Below, in pieces: positions 36,714 through 47,923 of a stretch of 64,000 nucleotides of DNA (its first letter is position 1; every line of letters begins with the position of its first letter). The translations under genes were made by a program, and so were the position numbers. This DNA is from a virus (Duplodnaviria > Caudoviricetes). The stretch covers positions 192,001 to 256,000 of IMG/VR virus record IMGVR_UViG_3300037484_000435. One strand, written 5' to 3'. The notes under the pieces were generated by a model. That model worked only from the letters and a program-made list of their open reading frames with translations. It did no database searches and was not told the origin of the DNA.

Positions 36714-39700
36714 TAGAACCTCCACCATGGGTCAGGTCTATTCAAGGTACTACCTCCGTCACTACTAACAGCTCTTGGCCAACTAAGAACATCTTCTGGT
36801 TTCCATTTTTGTTTTAGGTCTTTGCATTCTGTACCACCAGAATCGTCGAAATGCTCTAAGTTTTGTCCTTCAGGAGAATCAGACTTTCGTTTACAATCTA
36901 TAGAAACTATCGTCGGAAAACCCCTTTTGACTGCAGCTCTACCCCTTTTCATAGCCTTGGCCCACTCCTCTCCCCATTTTGACCAAATCTTCCCCCCGTC
37001 TACCTCAGCGTCCTTGTGTGCCCATTTAGACCCACACCGCCTGACAAGAATAGTTTTCCAATCTGACCCAGACGAAGAATTGAGAGGGTATTTATTTTTT
37101 TCCTCACTTCTAAAAGAAAAACTACTAATCTCTTCCCAAGACCACTCTTTCCATTCCATAGAACAACCACTTTCTTTTTTACCTTCTAAATCCCGTGCTG
37201 TAATTGGCTTTAAACCACGCGATACAAATTTATTCTCTAATTGTAAATAATAACCCGTCATATCTAAAATCTCATTCCACTCATGGTAAGGAATAATCGC
37301 GGTAAATTTTATAGATGTTAGGCCATCATCTAATTTCTTTGCCTCATCCCACACTTTTTTCTGGTTTTCCTCTCGCTCCTTTATTTGAGTCCAGTTAACC
37401 TCATCAATCTTCATATTAATTTCATCTAAGAATACCCAAGTTCTCTGATCGTTAACTCTATAATTTTTAGCCGTTGCGTTAGAGTTAAGTATTCCGTCCA
37501 CAGCACTCTGCGCCATCTGGCTTGCATAATCATTACCAGGAACCGATATACCTTTATTTGATGCGTTGTAATTTTGTGCGTAGTTTACTCCGTATTCCCT
37601 AGCATTAGTAGCACTTCGGCGGTCTTCCGCAGTTGTTTGCTCAACTGTTTGTATAGTTCTTAATAAGGTATCAAAACCCCTAACTTCATACTTATAGGCA
37701 AATTCGTTTATCTTATCGTCCTTGTCCACACCACGTGCTTTGCCCTCGTTGATAACTTTTGACTCATCTTTGTATTGTGGGCCAAATTTGAAGTACCTCC
37801 CTTTCATAACAATATGTCCCTCTTCATAGGGCAGGGCGGGCCACCAAATCATGTCCCGTGTTGGATACTGGTCTGCCGTAACCCACTCTGGTCCAGCCAT
37901 TCGAGTAGTCCAGATACCACCCCACGCCCAGCCTTGGTCGCCATCTCTTTGTGGCCACTCATAGGGGTCCCTTGTGTCTGGGAGACTGTCCCAATTAAGA
38001 GCATTCCACGCATTAATCTTTAAACGAGAAGTTGGTAACTCGGGAAGTTCGGCACATACTCTGGGGAATATTTGTGCGGCGGGCTCTTTGCCCAAAGCAG
38101 AGCTTTTCTTTTTTCCTTGTGCATCATACAGACCACCAGTAGAAGTATCCTCTTCAGCCTCTCTAAGTTTCTTCCACATCTCTTCTTCTGCCTTCACCAT
38201 CCACTGTTCTGATACCCCAGCCTTACCAGCGTCTTCTGTTGTTAATCTTCCTGACTGTTTCCACCACCCTTCCTTACGCTCAGTACGCTTATCAAAATCT
38301 TCCCAATTAGGTTTATAAAGTTTTGAATCAGACTCGGTAAAAAAGTTGTAAAGGCGTTTTACGTCAGAATCGGGTCCCCGCGATACCCCAAACTTGGTCT
38401 CTTTAACGGTTACAACTTCTGCACACTTTCCAGGCATTAGCGACCCAAATTTAATAGTTTTTACAAGCTCATTTAAATAGCTATACTTAGACTCATCTGG
38501 TGTCTCTGTCCACCCAGTCTGCTCAGCATATGTTCTCTTTGTCTCAGGCATGGCTTTCCAAGGACCAAGGTTGAAATTATTTGGATCAGTCCTAATCCAC
38601 CAAGTAAATTCAACTATCATATTTGCAGTTACACCAAAATCACAATTATAAGTTAATGTCAACTCATCCACAGTAGGGCTCTTTTTTAATGGAAATGCAT
38701 TTATGAAAGTAGGTACTTTACTGGGGAAAGTATCTCCGCCTGGTATTGGGGAACCATAGACTTTAACTTCAACCGATAGCGAGTCGGATATATTTAAAAA
38801 GTAGTCATTTACATTTTGTTCCTTAAACCAATCGTCATAAGTTACTTCCACAAAAAGTAAATTAGCAAAGAAATTCTTTAACACAAAGGTGCCTGTAACT
38901 TTATGCTGATTAGTTCCCGCTATACTTTTCTGTTTAAGGAGTCTTATTTTCTTATACCATTCCACTGGTATTTCTTTCTCTAGATAAACTTTGCCTACGG
39001 TACGATGATTTATAATCCCTGTGGAAAATCCGGGGTAAAGACCAGATTCATTCTGCAATGATTTCGTGATGAGGTTAGCGTTTGGGGCCCATTGTTGAAT
39101 TAAAGTATCGGTTATCTTGCCTGTACTAAATGCTGTTTTATAATTAGGAAAACCCTTTTCATCTTTGCTGTCTTCATCTCCTTTGGCCAGAGTAACTGGA
39201 ACTAGAGACCCAGTAGTTGCTACACGGTGAACCATAATATCTGGTTTAGTAGGAACTTTAAAAGCACCTATATCTTGTATATCTGCGTTGTCCAGTTTCT
39301 CTATCCACATTAGAGGGGGACGTATCGTACCATCCTCATCTACCCGCTCCGACTCTACAATAATAGCAAAGGAAGTATCCTTATATGTTTTTTCCTTCTC
39401 ATTTTTAGACGAACTGGTTTTATCTTCGTCTAATTCAGGCCCGCCTGAAATATCGCGGCCATCATCCATATCTTCTGTCTTTTGGAAATATGGAGCACAT
39501 TGTAAAGTGGGTATCGCCCAAAGACCTTGGTCATTGACCGCATCAGTAAGATATTTTGGCTTTACTTCTTGAACCTGCGTTCCTGAGCTAGTGTCGGGCG
39601 GCAATAAGTCTAAATACCACCTAACTGTTTTCTTAGCTCGTATTAATGTGTCTCTCACATCAGACGGCCAAGCCCAACTAGGTGTAAACCCTTGTACGGT

Positions 39701-42700
39701 TTTGTAACCCACAAAAAATTTACCATGCTCGTAAGGACTAGTGAATCCGGGGTACCGTTGGCCAACATACATGTAGTCACCCGCGAGTACACTGAACCCT
39801 TTAATGGTAAGTCCATCTATATAGGGCTCTGGATAATCTTCATCTGGTTGCTTTCTTTGACTCTCCACTGGGTCTTTCATAGTTAACCCTGCTTGTGATA
39901 AATCTTGGCTGTCAATTACCGCGGGGCTGTCACAAGTTACATATATGGCTGACATGGAGGAGTCATCTGAGACTGTTAGGGTGAATCTCCCAACATCAGA
40001 CCTTATAGAAGGTTGGCCATATTTTCTCGTGTTGTGTTCAGTAACAATCCGCAGCTCCTTCACTGTGCTAGGATTAGAGAATATATTCCTCTCACCTACC
40101 CCAGGGTCTTGTATACTGGGAGCCTGTTCCGAGAATGGTGCGTCCGTGAACAGATAATTATAAAAAGGGTTATAGGGTTCAGACGATAAGGGAACTAATG
40201 CCCTTGTGCATTCATGAGGAGGTGACAACATGACTACCATTTCCCGAGCAGTACCATCTGGGTCACGAGAAGTCCACCAACTAGGGATGGTTGGAAAAGT
40301 AGATATAACGGAGGGCTTTTCTCGTGGGAGCCAAGAAATCGCCCCACCAATAGTACAAATCTCTACCACAAATAATTCTCGACCCATATTTCCAAACAAG
40401 GGAGGGGAGTCATACGGGCTCCACGGATAATTGTAACCGAAGGCAGTTTGTTGGTATTCATAATAACGCATACATTGTTTTTCTAATTTTTCTCTAGCTT
40501 TTTCCGTCTTCTTATTTAACTCATTCCTAGCCTGACCTCGGGCTGTTTTTGCGTTTAGCTGCTCTACCTTAGACCTTGCTTCACTGGCCTTACTCTCTGC
40601 TTCCGCCTTCTTTTGCTCCTGTTCCTGTACTTTATCATCTATAGATTGCACCTCGGTTTTATTTCCATACGTTTCCCCCGTCACAGGGTCCACAGCAGTG
40701 CTGTTTGGCTGCCCGTAGAGACTATCTTTGGTTCTCTTTAGGCTCTCCCTTTTCGCTTTAGCATCCTCATAAGCCTGTTTCTTATTGTTCACAGTAGTTT
40801 GTTGATCGGTCACTTTCTGTTCTTGTTCTGTTATGGCTCCGCTGGGGTCCGTCAGCTGGTCCACTTTACCATAAATCTTATCATCATCAAAACCACGATA
40901 CACTCTTTCTGGATTAAGGGCCATACTATCCTGAAAAGATTTGTAACCATTATAAGTATTTGTGGCACTATCAAAAGCGGCATTTAGTGCTGGGTCTGAG
41001 AAAGGTGGAACTGTCCCAGCGGCGGCTGCCTCCGCTGCATCTTTATCTGCAAGAGCTTGGCTAACCCTAACATCTATTGAAGAAATACTACCAATATTGG
41101 CGTATATCTTACCATCTGTAAAAGGCTTAGTAACAGTAGCGTCTGCTTGAACAGCTTTTTGTATTGCCTTCAGTGACTCTAAAACATCTTCATACTTCTT
41201 TAAGTCGGCATAAGCCTCGTCATATTCCGTCTTTTTGGTTTCTTCATCTACTATCGCGTTATTATAAGCCTCATCTATATTAGCAACATCCCCAGGTGTA
41301 CTCCCGCCGGACTGCTGAGCCCGCTGTGCTGATCCATATTGGGTACCATCGGAATAAGTAACAGTTGCGTTAGGGCTTTCTCGTATTATATTTTGGAAAC
41401 GTTGTAACTTTTTATACTCAGCATCCTGCTTTTCGGCCTCTCTTTCCGCAGCTCTAGCACGAGCCTCTAACTCTTGGTATTCAAATTCCCCGCGAGACGC
41501 TGGGTCAGACCCATAATAGGGAGTAACGCTTCCAGGAACATATTCGTCAGACAGTTGAAAGGCCCCCAAATCCAGACGTTTCTTATCCCCGTATTTATCA
41601 CATCCGGTCAACATATTAACTTGAGACTTCTGGGATAACTCCTTTACTCTTTGTGCTTCCGCACTGGTAGCCTGAGACTCTTCATCGTTAACAAACTTTA
41701 ATCCCGCGGTATAATCAACTATCCAACCCTTTATTTTACCACGAGCCTGCTCTCGTTTCAAACTCTCTAGGGATGATTCAGTTTTTGCATTTGTCCAAAA
41801 AGTATAAAGTTTAGTAACCCGCTCCTTCCACTCTTCGTATTTTTCAGTACTGGGGTCATCTGGAACAAAAGCTTTTAGTTCTTCCTCTGTAAGTTGCTCC
41901 TCCCCAGTTTGTAGTGTAACAGGTTCAGAATCAACGCGGTCTACTAAGTAAGTCCAATCAGCAGACCAAGCACTCTTCTTGGTAATAGTGCCTTTATCAA
42001 TGCCGCACAACGGACATGCTCCCCCACTAGCACACTTATCTCTCTTAAAGTAGCGGTTACACTCTGGACAATAGCACTGGTCCTCTGCGTAAGATGTGGT
42101 AGCTGCATAAGGTTTTAGAAAAACTGTTTTAGTAGGTAAATCAAAATATTCCCTATATTCTAGCTGGAAGACTGGTCCACGAGTCTTGGACCTCCCTAAG
42201 AACTTTGTTTCACGTTTAGTGTCATAAAACCAATGCCGAGACCATTGTCTAATCCTAACTACGTCTGTTCCTTTAACACACCAGTCATATGCCTGTAACC
42301 TAAAGCCACCAAGGTCCTTAGCCTCATCCGCTTTGTTTCTCCACCTATCTAAAAAATCCCACGTATACGTTTTATGCCGAGGGACATAGGCTGTTCCAGT
42401 CTCCCCCCTAGTATAGGGATAATAAAGAGAACCCACGTTATCAGGAGGAGAAAAAATTGTGTCAACATCTGTAGGAAAACCGTAGGTAGGATTTTTATTG
42501 GTGATATATTGTGCAGTTTTATCTTCAAAATTGGTGGACCACTCCGCCCGAGTAATGTGAAATCTAGGCGTTCCGCCTTGAACATTCCTAGATGTTGTTG
42601 TACTGTAACTTAATTTCGGTTGAAACTCAGTGCCTAAATCATGGTCCCCTTGGTCAGCCATAGTAAATTGGCGGTCCTTTCCCTTGGTCTTGTTATATGC

Positions 42701-45700
42701 ATAACCCGCAGCGTAGTTTGTCATCGTCCTGTTTTTCATGTTACCAGTACTTAATTCTTCGCCTTTATAATTATCCCGCCACACATAACTAATTTCGTAG
42801 TCTCGGCAAGCATAACGAGCATAGGGCCAAATGGTAGCTACAGTGTGTGCCCCAATTGGTGCGTAGCCGAAACCATCAATAGTTTGGTCACTGCTCGGAG
42901 TATATTTGAAGACTGTCCGCATTATTCCTGCTTTAGGGCTGGAAATTAATATACGTGTTTGCTTGTCTGAAGAATAACTTTTTTCCCAATCATAAGCTTC
43001 CGCTTCATTTTCGTCATACATCTCGCCAATATAAGCATACTCCATATAGAGGTCCATTTCAGTTTTATCAGGGATCGTGATTGGTATCGCAGCAGTAATT
43101 TGAGGGTACCACTCATTATTGTAGAACCGCCATTCCTTAACATTCACCTTCTCCTCAACAGGAGAAGCAAAGAATACCCAAGGATGTCGCCCAGTAACTT
43201 CTTTATCGAAGACCTCCACAAACTCAGATACTTCTACCTTGTTATACTCAATGCCATCCTCTTGAGTGGTTCCTATATACTTAGCAGTCTTACCTGTAGA
43301 ATAACCAGGGAATGGCCTAGTAATTTGTGAGTAGTTCATTGGCATAAACTTAATTTTCTTATCCTTTACTTGCCAATTACCGTCCGCGTCCTTATATTGT
43401 TGCTGTAGCATTGCCTCCATACTAAATATCATAAACTCGGTATTAGCGTTACAAATCTTTGGGTCAACCACAACGATTATAGTAGAAGCACAAGCGGAAC
43501 TTTTATACCATTTGATTAGTTTGCTATCCTTGCTAATTTTAGCCCCGCGTGGTTTAGTTGGGTCAGTAGTGGAAGCACCACCTTTATCAGACTCCCTAGT
43601 AGAGTAAACGACTACTTTTTTAAGAGCTTTCGGAGCAAAAGTTTTCCAAGGAATAATATCAGCTGATTCGCCCTGCCCCACAGATAAGTAATCCCATTTG
43701 ATAACACCAGAGTCATTCGGAATTGACAAAGTAATATCCTCATTCTTATTTGAACGGTCAATTGTGTTGTATTTTCCTATATCACGAAACTCAGTTCGAT
43801 CAGAATTTAAGAACGGTATATACAGACGGTTAACTGCGTCCTCTTTTGCTAGAGGAGTGGTTGTAGTAATAGCTGTCTCCTCCTTTACTACACCGCCTTC
43901 GTCCGTGTCAGTATCACCTTTTTTCGAGTACTTCTTTTTATCCTTGTAACTATACTTAGTCGTCGAAATCTTCTGGTCATTAGAAACGTCTGGGGGGTCT
44001 GGAATGTCTTCCCCTAGAGCCTCAGATTTTTTCTTCTCTAATGATTTTATCTTCTTATCAGCATCTTCAATTTGGGTAGTCAACGCGGCAGCCCTTTCGG
44101 TTTCTCCCAAAGAAACATACCGGTCACGTCTATTTTCTAAAGCACTCTTTTCTTCTTTAGCAATGGTTATCTTTTTATCTAATTCTTTAACTAGCTCCTC
44201 TTTGTCACTATCAGTGGACATACGTTTAATACTTTCAGCGTAAGCTGATTCCGACGCCTTAATCAACTGCTCCCGTAATGCGGATAATTGTGTTTGTTTC
44301 TGTGCTAAGGTTTTTTGCATTTCGGTAATATCTTCAGTGCTGGGACGTGGATTATCTCGCCTAAGTTGTGTGTTTAGTGTTTCGATTTCTCTCTCTAACC
44401 CGTAGATACTATCCTGTAGAGCTGATATTTCACTAACAAAATCCCCAGTAGCAGTAGAATAATACCACCCTCCCAATTGAATAACAGTACCACCTTTTTC
44501 TAAAGCACCCTTATCAACAGGTTTACTGATAGTGTCATACAAGTAACGTTCGTTTAAAAATACAGAGGGACGTCCGTTCCAGATAGCTTTCCAAGATGTT
44601 GTCAACTTGGTATTTTTCTGATACATCCACGCATGCCTAAATACAGGCTTTACCTTAACTATGTCAGCGTCGATATTTGCGGCAGAACTAAACCCAAATA
44701 CAATAATGTGATTCGGGTCATCTAGTAAACTTAACGGAACCGAAGGAAAAATAAACATACCCCTATAATCCAGATATGTTTTCAGAACCGTAAAGTTTTT
44801 TAGAACTGGGTCATTCCCTGCGATCTGTGCTTTGTTTACGTCTCTCCATAGATTATGTAGAATTTCCTGTGCTCTAGTCCCCGCGATTTCTTGATTTATA
44901 AGTAATGCTTCGAGCTCTTCTCTATACCTAGTCCAATCAAATTTTTCGCTTTTACCCTGCAGAAATGCAGTATTAATACAGTAAACTCCTGTTTGATACT
45001 GGCCCCGCATGGCCTGTCCCACCACGTTAGTGACTAATCCAGCACGGTTCCAAATTAATTTAGTGTAAACTTTTTTCTTCAAATTGATTAATTTTTCTTG
45101 ATACTTTTGTGTGTCTGTCACGGCAAGATTTAGGTCCGCCAAATCTGGACAAGGCCAAATAATCTTTATCTGTCCTGTGGGACGCAATTCTATTTTACGA
45201 ATCAACGAAGGGATATCAGGTACCTGTACACCATCTTCCATGGTCCTATCTTGTTTACGCTTGAACGCAGTAACCGAACCACCTGGAAGTTTCCTCATGG
45301 GCTTCAACTCTATTTTACCTGTTTTAGGGTCAATCACCGTTTTACGAGAATAAACCTCGTACTCGTGGTGCCAAAAACCCTCTACTTGTGTACCGTTTTC
45401 ATCTGTAAAATATTTAGTCTGTTTAAACACTGGATTGAATGGCACAGTAGTCCATATGTAGGGGTTAAGCCAAGTGCTTTTCCATTCTTCTTCTGTCCAC
45501 GGTAAACCCCCTTTGGACATCCACATAATTTCCAGCATAGAAGCAGCCGTTACAGAATCCCCTGGGTACATATTCTGTAATTTAGAATAACGCTTCTCAG
45601 TATCTTTATCCCCCATCAAAGGGTTCTGGTAATAAGGACATGCTCGCCCATCAACTAGGCTGAAGGCACCACCACCATTACACACATGACCCCAAGTGTA

Positions 45701-46924
45701 TTTCGCTTCGCAACCGGGGTAAGAACAATTCCTCGGACTTAGGGGGCTCCACGCTTTCCAGTTAAACCACACTGGCTGACAGCCGTTTTCTTTATCTTCA
45801 GGTAAAACCCCGAAAGTGGGCAAGACATGGGTAGCTTTTAAAATATATATAACCCTTTTGTTGTTACCACACTCAGGAAGGGTCCAATCATAATTCCTTC
45901 CAAACATTGCGTTTAAAGTATAGGCGTCTTCATATGTTAATACCTTTTCTGTGCCATCTACCTTCTCAATCGCCATTCCCTTATAAAAGTAATCACCTAC
46001 CTCATAAGTATAATTAGCACGATCACTGCGACCGTCCTGTGTAATCGCAGGCATGTTATCAATGTTAGGTATAGCACCAGGAAATTTCTTTTTGATGGTC
46101 TCCATAGCCACAGCAAGGTCTACTACTTTAAAATCTGAGGGTTTATAAATGTAAGGCTCGGTCCCCACCCACCAACAGCATGTGGCCACCAAAGCCCTAG
46201 CATTAATCATCATTTGGTTGATAGTTAACTTAGGGTCAAACGCTAGTTTGTCACTTAAATTATCCGGTACATATTTAGGAATACCTCCAGCATAAGCAGG
46301 AGGAGTTCCAGCGGCGGGGTCCTTGTAGGTATTCCACACGTTATACACATTTTGAAACTCTTTAGTTTTATCTGGGTCATTCGGGTCAGGAACATATCCT
46401 GTGGCAAGATGACCTTGTACAGCCCCATCAAAGACAGATATGGCCAAACCACCCCGAGGGGTATAACAATTGCACATAGGAAATTCAACAAACTCTTCAC
46501 CAGCAATACCGTGTTTAGTGGCTTCCGCTGTGCTACTATTACAATACTTACAAACAAAAAAGTCCCTCCGGATAATAGAGTCTTCGGCGTAGCCCTCTAA
46601 AGCGTTAGCCCCAGAAACTCGGGCCTCGGCCTCTCCTGTTTGGGTACCACCCTGCACTCTAGTATTAGACGCCACCAGTTGGTAGTACATTGTCCAGCGC
46701 TTTATACCACAAAGATATATCCAATTCATCTCTCCGCTTGAGTTATCAGCGGAAACTTTAGTAATAAAAGCACATGTAGATGGTTTTATATTTTTATCGG
46801 AGTCAGTAAGATACCCAGTATCAACAAGTTCTTTATACCTATCCTCAGGTATGTTCTCCTTGTCGAACATAGATAATTTTGAAACAGAGGCACACTTGAT
46901 ACGATATTTAAGATTGGAAGGCAT
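36713..46924 (-). CDS. Giant 3403-aa protein of unknown function with Cys clusters, zinc ribbon and coiled-coil repeats
   Basis: Uninterrupted ORF with GGAGG SD; CPECNRY...CPLCG; two long heptad-rich regions. Confidence 0.75.
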   Translation of the reverse strand: MPSNLKYRIKCASVSKLSMFDKENIPEDRYKELVDTGYLTDSDKNIKPSTCAFITKVSADNSSGEMNWIYLCGIKRWTMYYQLVASNTRVQGGTQTGEAEARVSGANALEGYAEDSIIRRDFFVCKYCNSSTAEATKHGIAGEEFVEFPMCNCYTPRGGLAISVFDGAVQGHLATGYVPDPNDPDKTKEFQNVYNVWNTYKDPAAGTPPAYAGGIPKYVPDNLSDKLAFDPKLTINQMMINARALVATCCWWVGTEPYIYKPSDFKVVDLAVAMETIKKKFPGAIPNIDNMPAITQDGRSDRANYTYEVGDYFYKGMAIEKVDGTEKVLTYEDAYTLNAMFGRNYDWTLPECGNNKRVIYILKATHVLPTFGVLPEDKENGCQPVWFNWKAWSPLSPRNCSYPGCEAKYTWGHVCNGGGAFSLVDGRACPYYQNPLMGDKDTEKRYSKLQNMYPGDSVTAASMLEIMWMSKGGLPWTEEEWKSTWLNPYIWTTVPFNPVFKQTKYFTDENGTQVEGFWHHEYEVYSRKTVIDPKTGKIELKPMRKLPGGSVTAFKRKQDRTMEDGVQVPDIPSLIRKIELRPTGQIKIIWPCPDLADLNLAVTDTQKYQEKLINLKKKVYTKLIWNRAGLVTNVVGQAMRGQYQTGVYCINTAFLQGKSEKFDWTRYREELEALLINQEIAGTRAQEILHNLWRDVNKAQIAGNDPVLKNFTVLKTYLDYRGMFIFPSVPLSLLDDPNHIIVFGFSSAANIDADIVKVKPVFRHAWMYQKNTKLTTSWKAIWNGRPSVFLNERYLYDTISKPVDKGALEKGGTVIQLGGWYYSTATGDFVSEISALQDSIYGLEREIETLNTQLRRDNPRPSTEDITEMQKTLAQKQTQLSALREQLIKASESAYAESIKRMSTDSDKEELVKELDKKITIAKEEKSALENRRDRYVSLGETERAAALTTQIEDADKKIKSLEKKKSEALGEDIPDPPDVSNDQKISTTKYSYKDKKKYSKKGDTDTDEGGVVKEETAITTTTPLAKEDAVNRLYIPFLNSDRTEFRDIGKYNTIDRSNKNEDITLSIPNDSGVIKWDYLSVGQGESADIIPWKTFAPKALKKVVVYSTRESDKGGASTTDPTKPRGAKISKDSKLIKWYKSSACASTIIVVVDPKICNANTEFMIFSMEAMLQQQYKDADGNWQVKDKKIKFMPMNYSQITRPFPGYSTGKTAKYIGTTQEDGIEYNKVEVSEFVEVFDKEVTGRHPWVFFASPVEEKVNVKEWRFYNNEWYPQITAAIPITIPDKTEMDLYMEYAYIGEMYDENEAEAYDWEKSYSSDKQTRILISSPKAGIMRTVFKYTPSSDQTIDGFGYAPIGAHTVATIWPYARYACRDYEISYVWRDNYKGEELSTGNMKNRTMTNYAAGYAYNKTKGKDRQFTMADQGDHDLGTEFQPKLSYSTTTSRNVQGGTPRFHITRAEWSTNFEDKTAQYITNKNPTYGFPTDVDTIFSPPDNVGSLYYPYTRGETGTAYVPRHKTYTWDFLDRWRNKADEAKDLGGFRLQAYDWCVKGTDVVRIRQWSRHWFYDTKRETKFLGRSKTRGPVFQLEYREYFDLPTKTVFLKPYAATTSYAEDQCYCPECNRYFKRDKCASGGACPLCGIDKGTITKKSAWSADWTYLVDRVDSEPVTLQTGEEQLTEEELKAFVPDDPSTEKYEEWKERVTKLYTFWTNAKTESSLESLKREQARGKIKGWIVDYTAGLKFVNDEESQATSAEAQRVKELSQKSQVNMLTGCDKYGDKKRLDLGAFQLSDEYVPGSVTPYYGSDPASRGEFEYQELEARARAAEREAEKQDAEYKKLQRFQNIIRESPNATVTYSDGTQYGSAQRAQQSGGSTPGDVANIDEAYNNAIVDEETKKTEYDEAYADLKKYEDVLESLKAIQKAVQADATVTKPFTDGKIYANIGSISSIDVRVSQALADKDAAEAAAAGTVPPFSDPALNAAFDSATNTYNGYKSFQDSMALNPERVYRGFDDDKIYGKVDQLTDPSGAITEQEQKVTDQQTTVNNKKQAYEDAKAKRESLKRTKDSLYGQPNSTAVDPVTGETYGNKTEVQSIDDKVQEQEQKKAEAESKASEARSKVEQLNAKTARGQARNELNKKTEKAREKLEKQCMRYYEYQQTAFGYNYPWSPYDSPPLFGNMGRELFVVEICTIGGAISWLPREKPSVISTFPTIPSWWTSRDPDGTAREMVVMLSPPHECTRALVPLSSEPYNPFYNYLFTDAPFSEQAPSIQDPGVGERNIFSNPSTVKELRIVTEHNTRKYGQPSIRSDVGRFTLTVSDDSSMSAIYVTCDSPAVIDSQDLSQAGLTMKDPVESQRKQPDEDYPEPYIDGLTIKGFSVLAGDYMYVGQRYPGFTSPYEHGKFFVGYKTVQGFTPSWAWPSDVRDTLIRAKKTVRWYLDLLPPDTSSGTQVQEVKPKYLTDAVNDQGLWAIPTLQCAPYFQKTEDMDDGRDISGGPELDEDKTSSSKNEKEKTYKDTSFAIIVESERVDEDGTIRPPLMWIEKLDNADIQDIGAFKVPTKPDIMVHRVATTGSLVPVTLAKGDEDSKDEKGFPNYKTAFSTGKITDTLIQQWAPNANLITKSLQNESGLYPGFSTGIINHRTVGKVYLEKEIPVEWYKKIRLLKQKSIAGTNQHKVTGTFVLKNFFANLLFVEVTYDDWFKEQNVNDYFLNISDSLSVEVKVYGSPIPGGDTFPSKVPTFINAFPLKKSPTVDELTLTYNCDFGVTANMIVEFTWWIRTDPNNFNLGPWKAMPETKRTYAEQTGWTETPDESKYSYLNELVKTIKFGSLMPGKCAEVVTVKETKFGVSRGPDSDVKRLYNFFTESDSKLYKPNWEDFDKRTERKEGWWKQSGRLTTEDAGKAGVSEQWMVKAEEEMWKKLREAEEDTSTGGLYDAQGKKKSSALGKEPAAQIFPRVCAELPELPTSRLKINAWNALNWDSLPDTRDPYEWPQRDGDQGWAWGGIWTTRMAGPEWVTADQYPTRDMIWWPALPYEEGHIVMKGRYFKFGPQYKDESKVINEGKARGVDKDDKINEFAYKYEVRGFDTLLRTIQTVEQTTAEDRRSATNAREYGVNYAQNYNASNKGISVPGNDYASQMAQSAVDGILNSNATAKNYRVNDQRTWVFLDEINMKIDEVNWTQIKEREENQKKVWDEAKKLDDGLTSIKFTAIIPYHEWNEILDMTGYYLQLENKFVSRGLKPITARDLEGKKESGCSMEWKEWSWEEISSFSFRSEEKNKYPLNSSSGSDWKTILVRRCGSKWAHKDAEVDGGKIWSKWGEEWAKAMKRGRAAVKRGFPTIVSIDCKRKSDSPEGQNLEHFDDSGGTECKDLKQKWKPEDVLSWPRAVSSDGGSTLNRPDPWWRF

Positions 46925-46927
46925 GGA

Positions 46928-47260
46928 TTACCTCCTATCTTCATATGGACCGCTCATTTCCCCTGTGTGTTCGTTGACAGTATATTTAACTCTAACATTG
47001 AGGTCCGTATCCCAATAGCCTACGGAACGACTTTCGATTTGAGGACCACCCAAAAAGCCTCCCCCAACCCCACAGATGATAGACTCACTCTTTTGAGCAA
47101 AGTAATGTTGTTTATCAGGTATGACCCAGTGTCTATTTTCCCATACGATAGCCACAGCCTGAATATCATTTTGGTCTGGTAATTGACTGAACGGTTTTTG
47201 GAAATCCCACTCGGTAACTACTTTATCGTCTTTATATCTTACAACCCATCCTCTAGCCAT
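46928..47260 (-). CDS. Hypothetical protein
   Basis: 110 aa, GGAGG SD. Confidence 0.65.
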   Translation of the reverse strand: MARGWVVRYKDDKVVTEWDFQKPFSQLPDQNDIQAVAIVWENRHWVIPDKQHYFAQKSESIICGVGGGFLGGPQIESRSVGYWDTDLNVRVKYTVNEHTGEMSGPYEDRR

Positions 47261-47269
47261 AGGTTCCTC

Positions 47270-47914
47270 CTATTCTATTCGTATACCAGTTGATGCCAAC
47301 TTTTTGGTACAATTTAGCTCAATTAAATAGTCCAGTTCTTTCTGTAAACTTCTAAGCAGTTCTCCGTAAGGGTCTGATGTGTTAGAGACTGTTCGTCGGT
47401 AACTGGTATTTTTATCTGTAACTTCTTTAGAGGTGTATAATGAATCAATATTACTAACTCTAATAGAGGGAATTAAGTCGATCGCTGCTTTTAGTATTTC
47501 CATTTCTGGTGTTACACAATCAGGGTTATTTACATATGTACTTAAATCAACGCTCAGGTAAGCTGTCCAAATCTCATAATCAGAAAGCTTAAAAGATTCA
47601 ACCCAAAAGTCTATACCGGACGCAGACAGATTAGTAGAATCTTCAAACACCATATAGTGATAGTTTACAACATGGGGATTATAGATGCCTGAGCACACAG
47701 TACTTCCCACCTTTATATGATATGGCCAGAACCTTGCTTCCTCACTAAAAAAGGTAGCGGGGTCAGCGGGGACATACTCTGTGAAGTCCCCACCAACACC
47801 AACGTAATAACGTTTTAATTCAGCCTTATCGCCTATCTTGTCTCTCACAGCACTAATAATTAAATCATCACAACCATAAATGCTGCACTCTGAAGGATAA
47901 GTTCTATTCAGCAT
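47270..47914 (-). CDS. Hypothetical structural protein (possible head-tail adaptor)
   Basis: 214 aa in structural operon; helical N- and C-terminal parts around a beta insert; adaptor role is a guess. Confidence 0.45.
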   Translation of the reverse strand: MLNRTYPSECSIYGCDDLIISAVRDKIGDKAELKRYYVGVGGDFTEYVPADPATFFSEEARFWPYHIKVGSTVCSGIYNPHVVNYHYMVFEDSTNLSASGIDFWVESFKLSDYEIWTAYLSVDLSTYVNNPDCVTPEMEILKAAIDLIPSIRVSNIDSLYTSKEVTDKNTSYRRTVSNTSDPYGELLRSLQKELDYLIELNCTKKLASTGIRIE

Positions 47915-47923
47915 TGTAAATCC

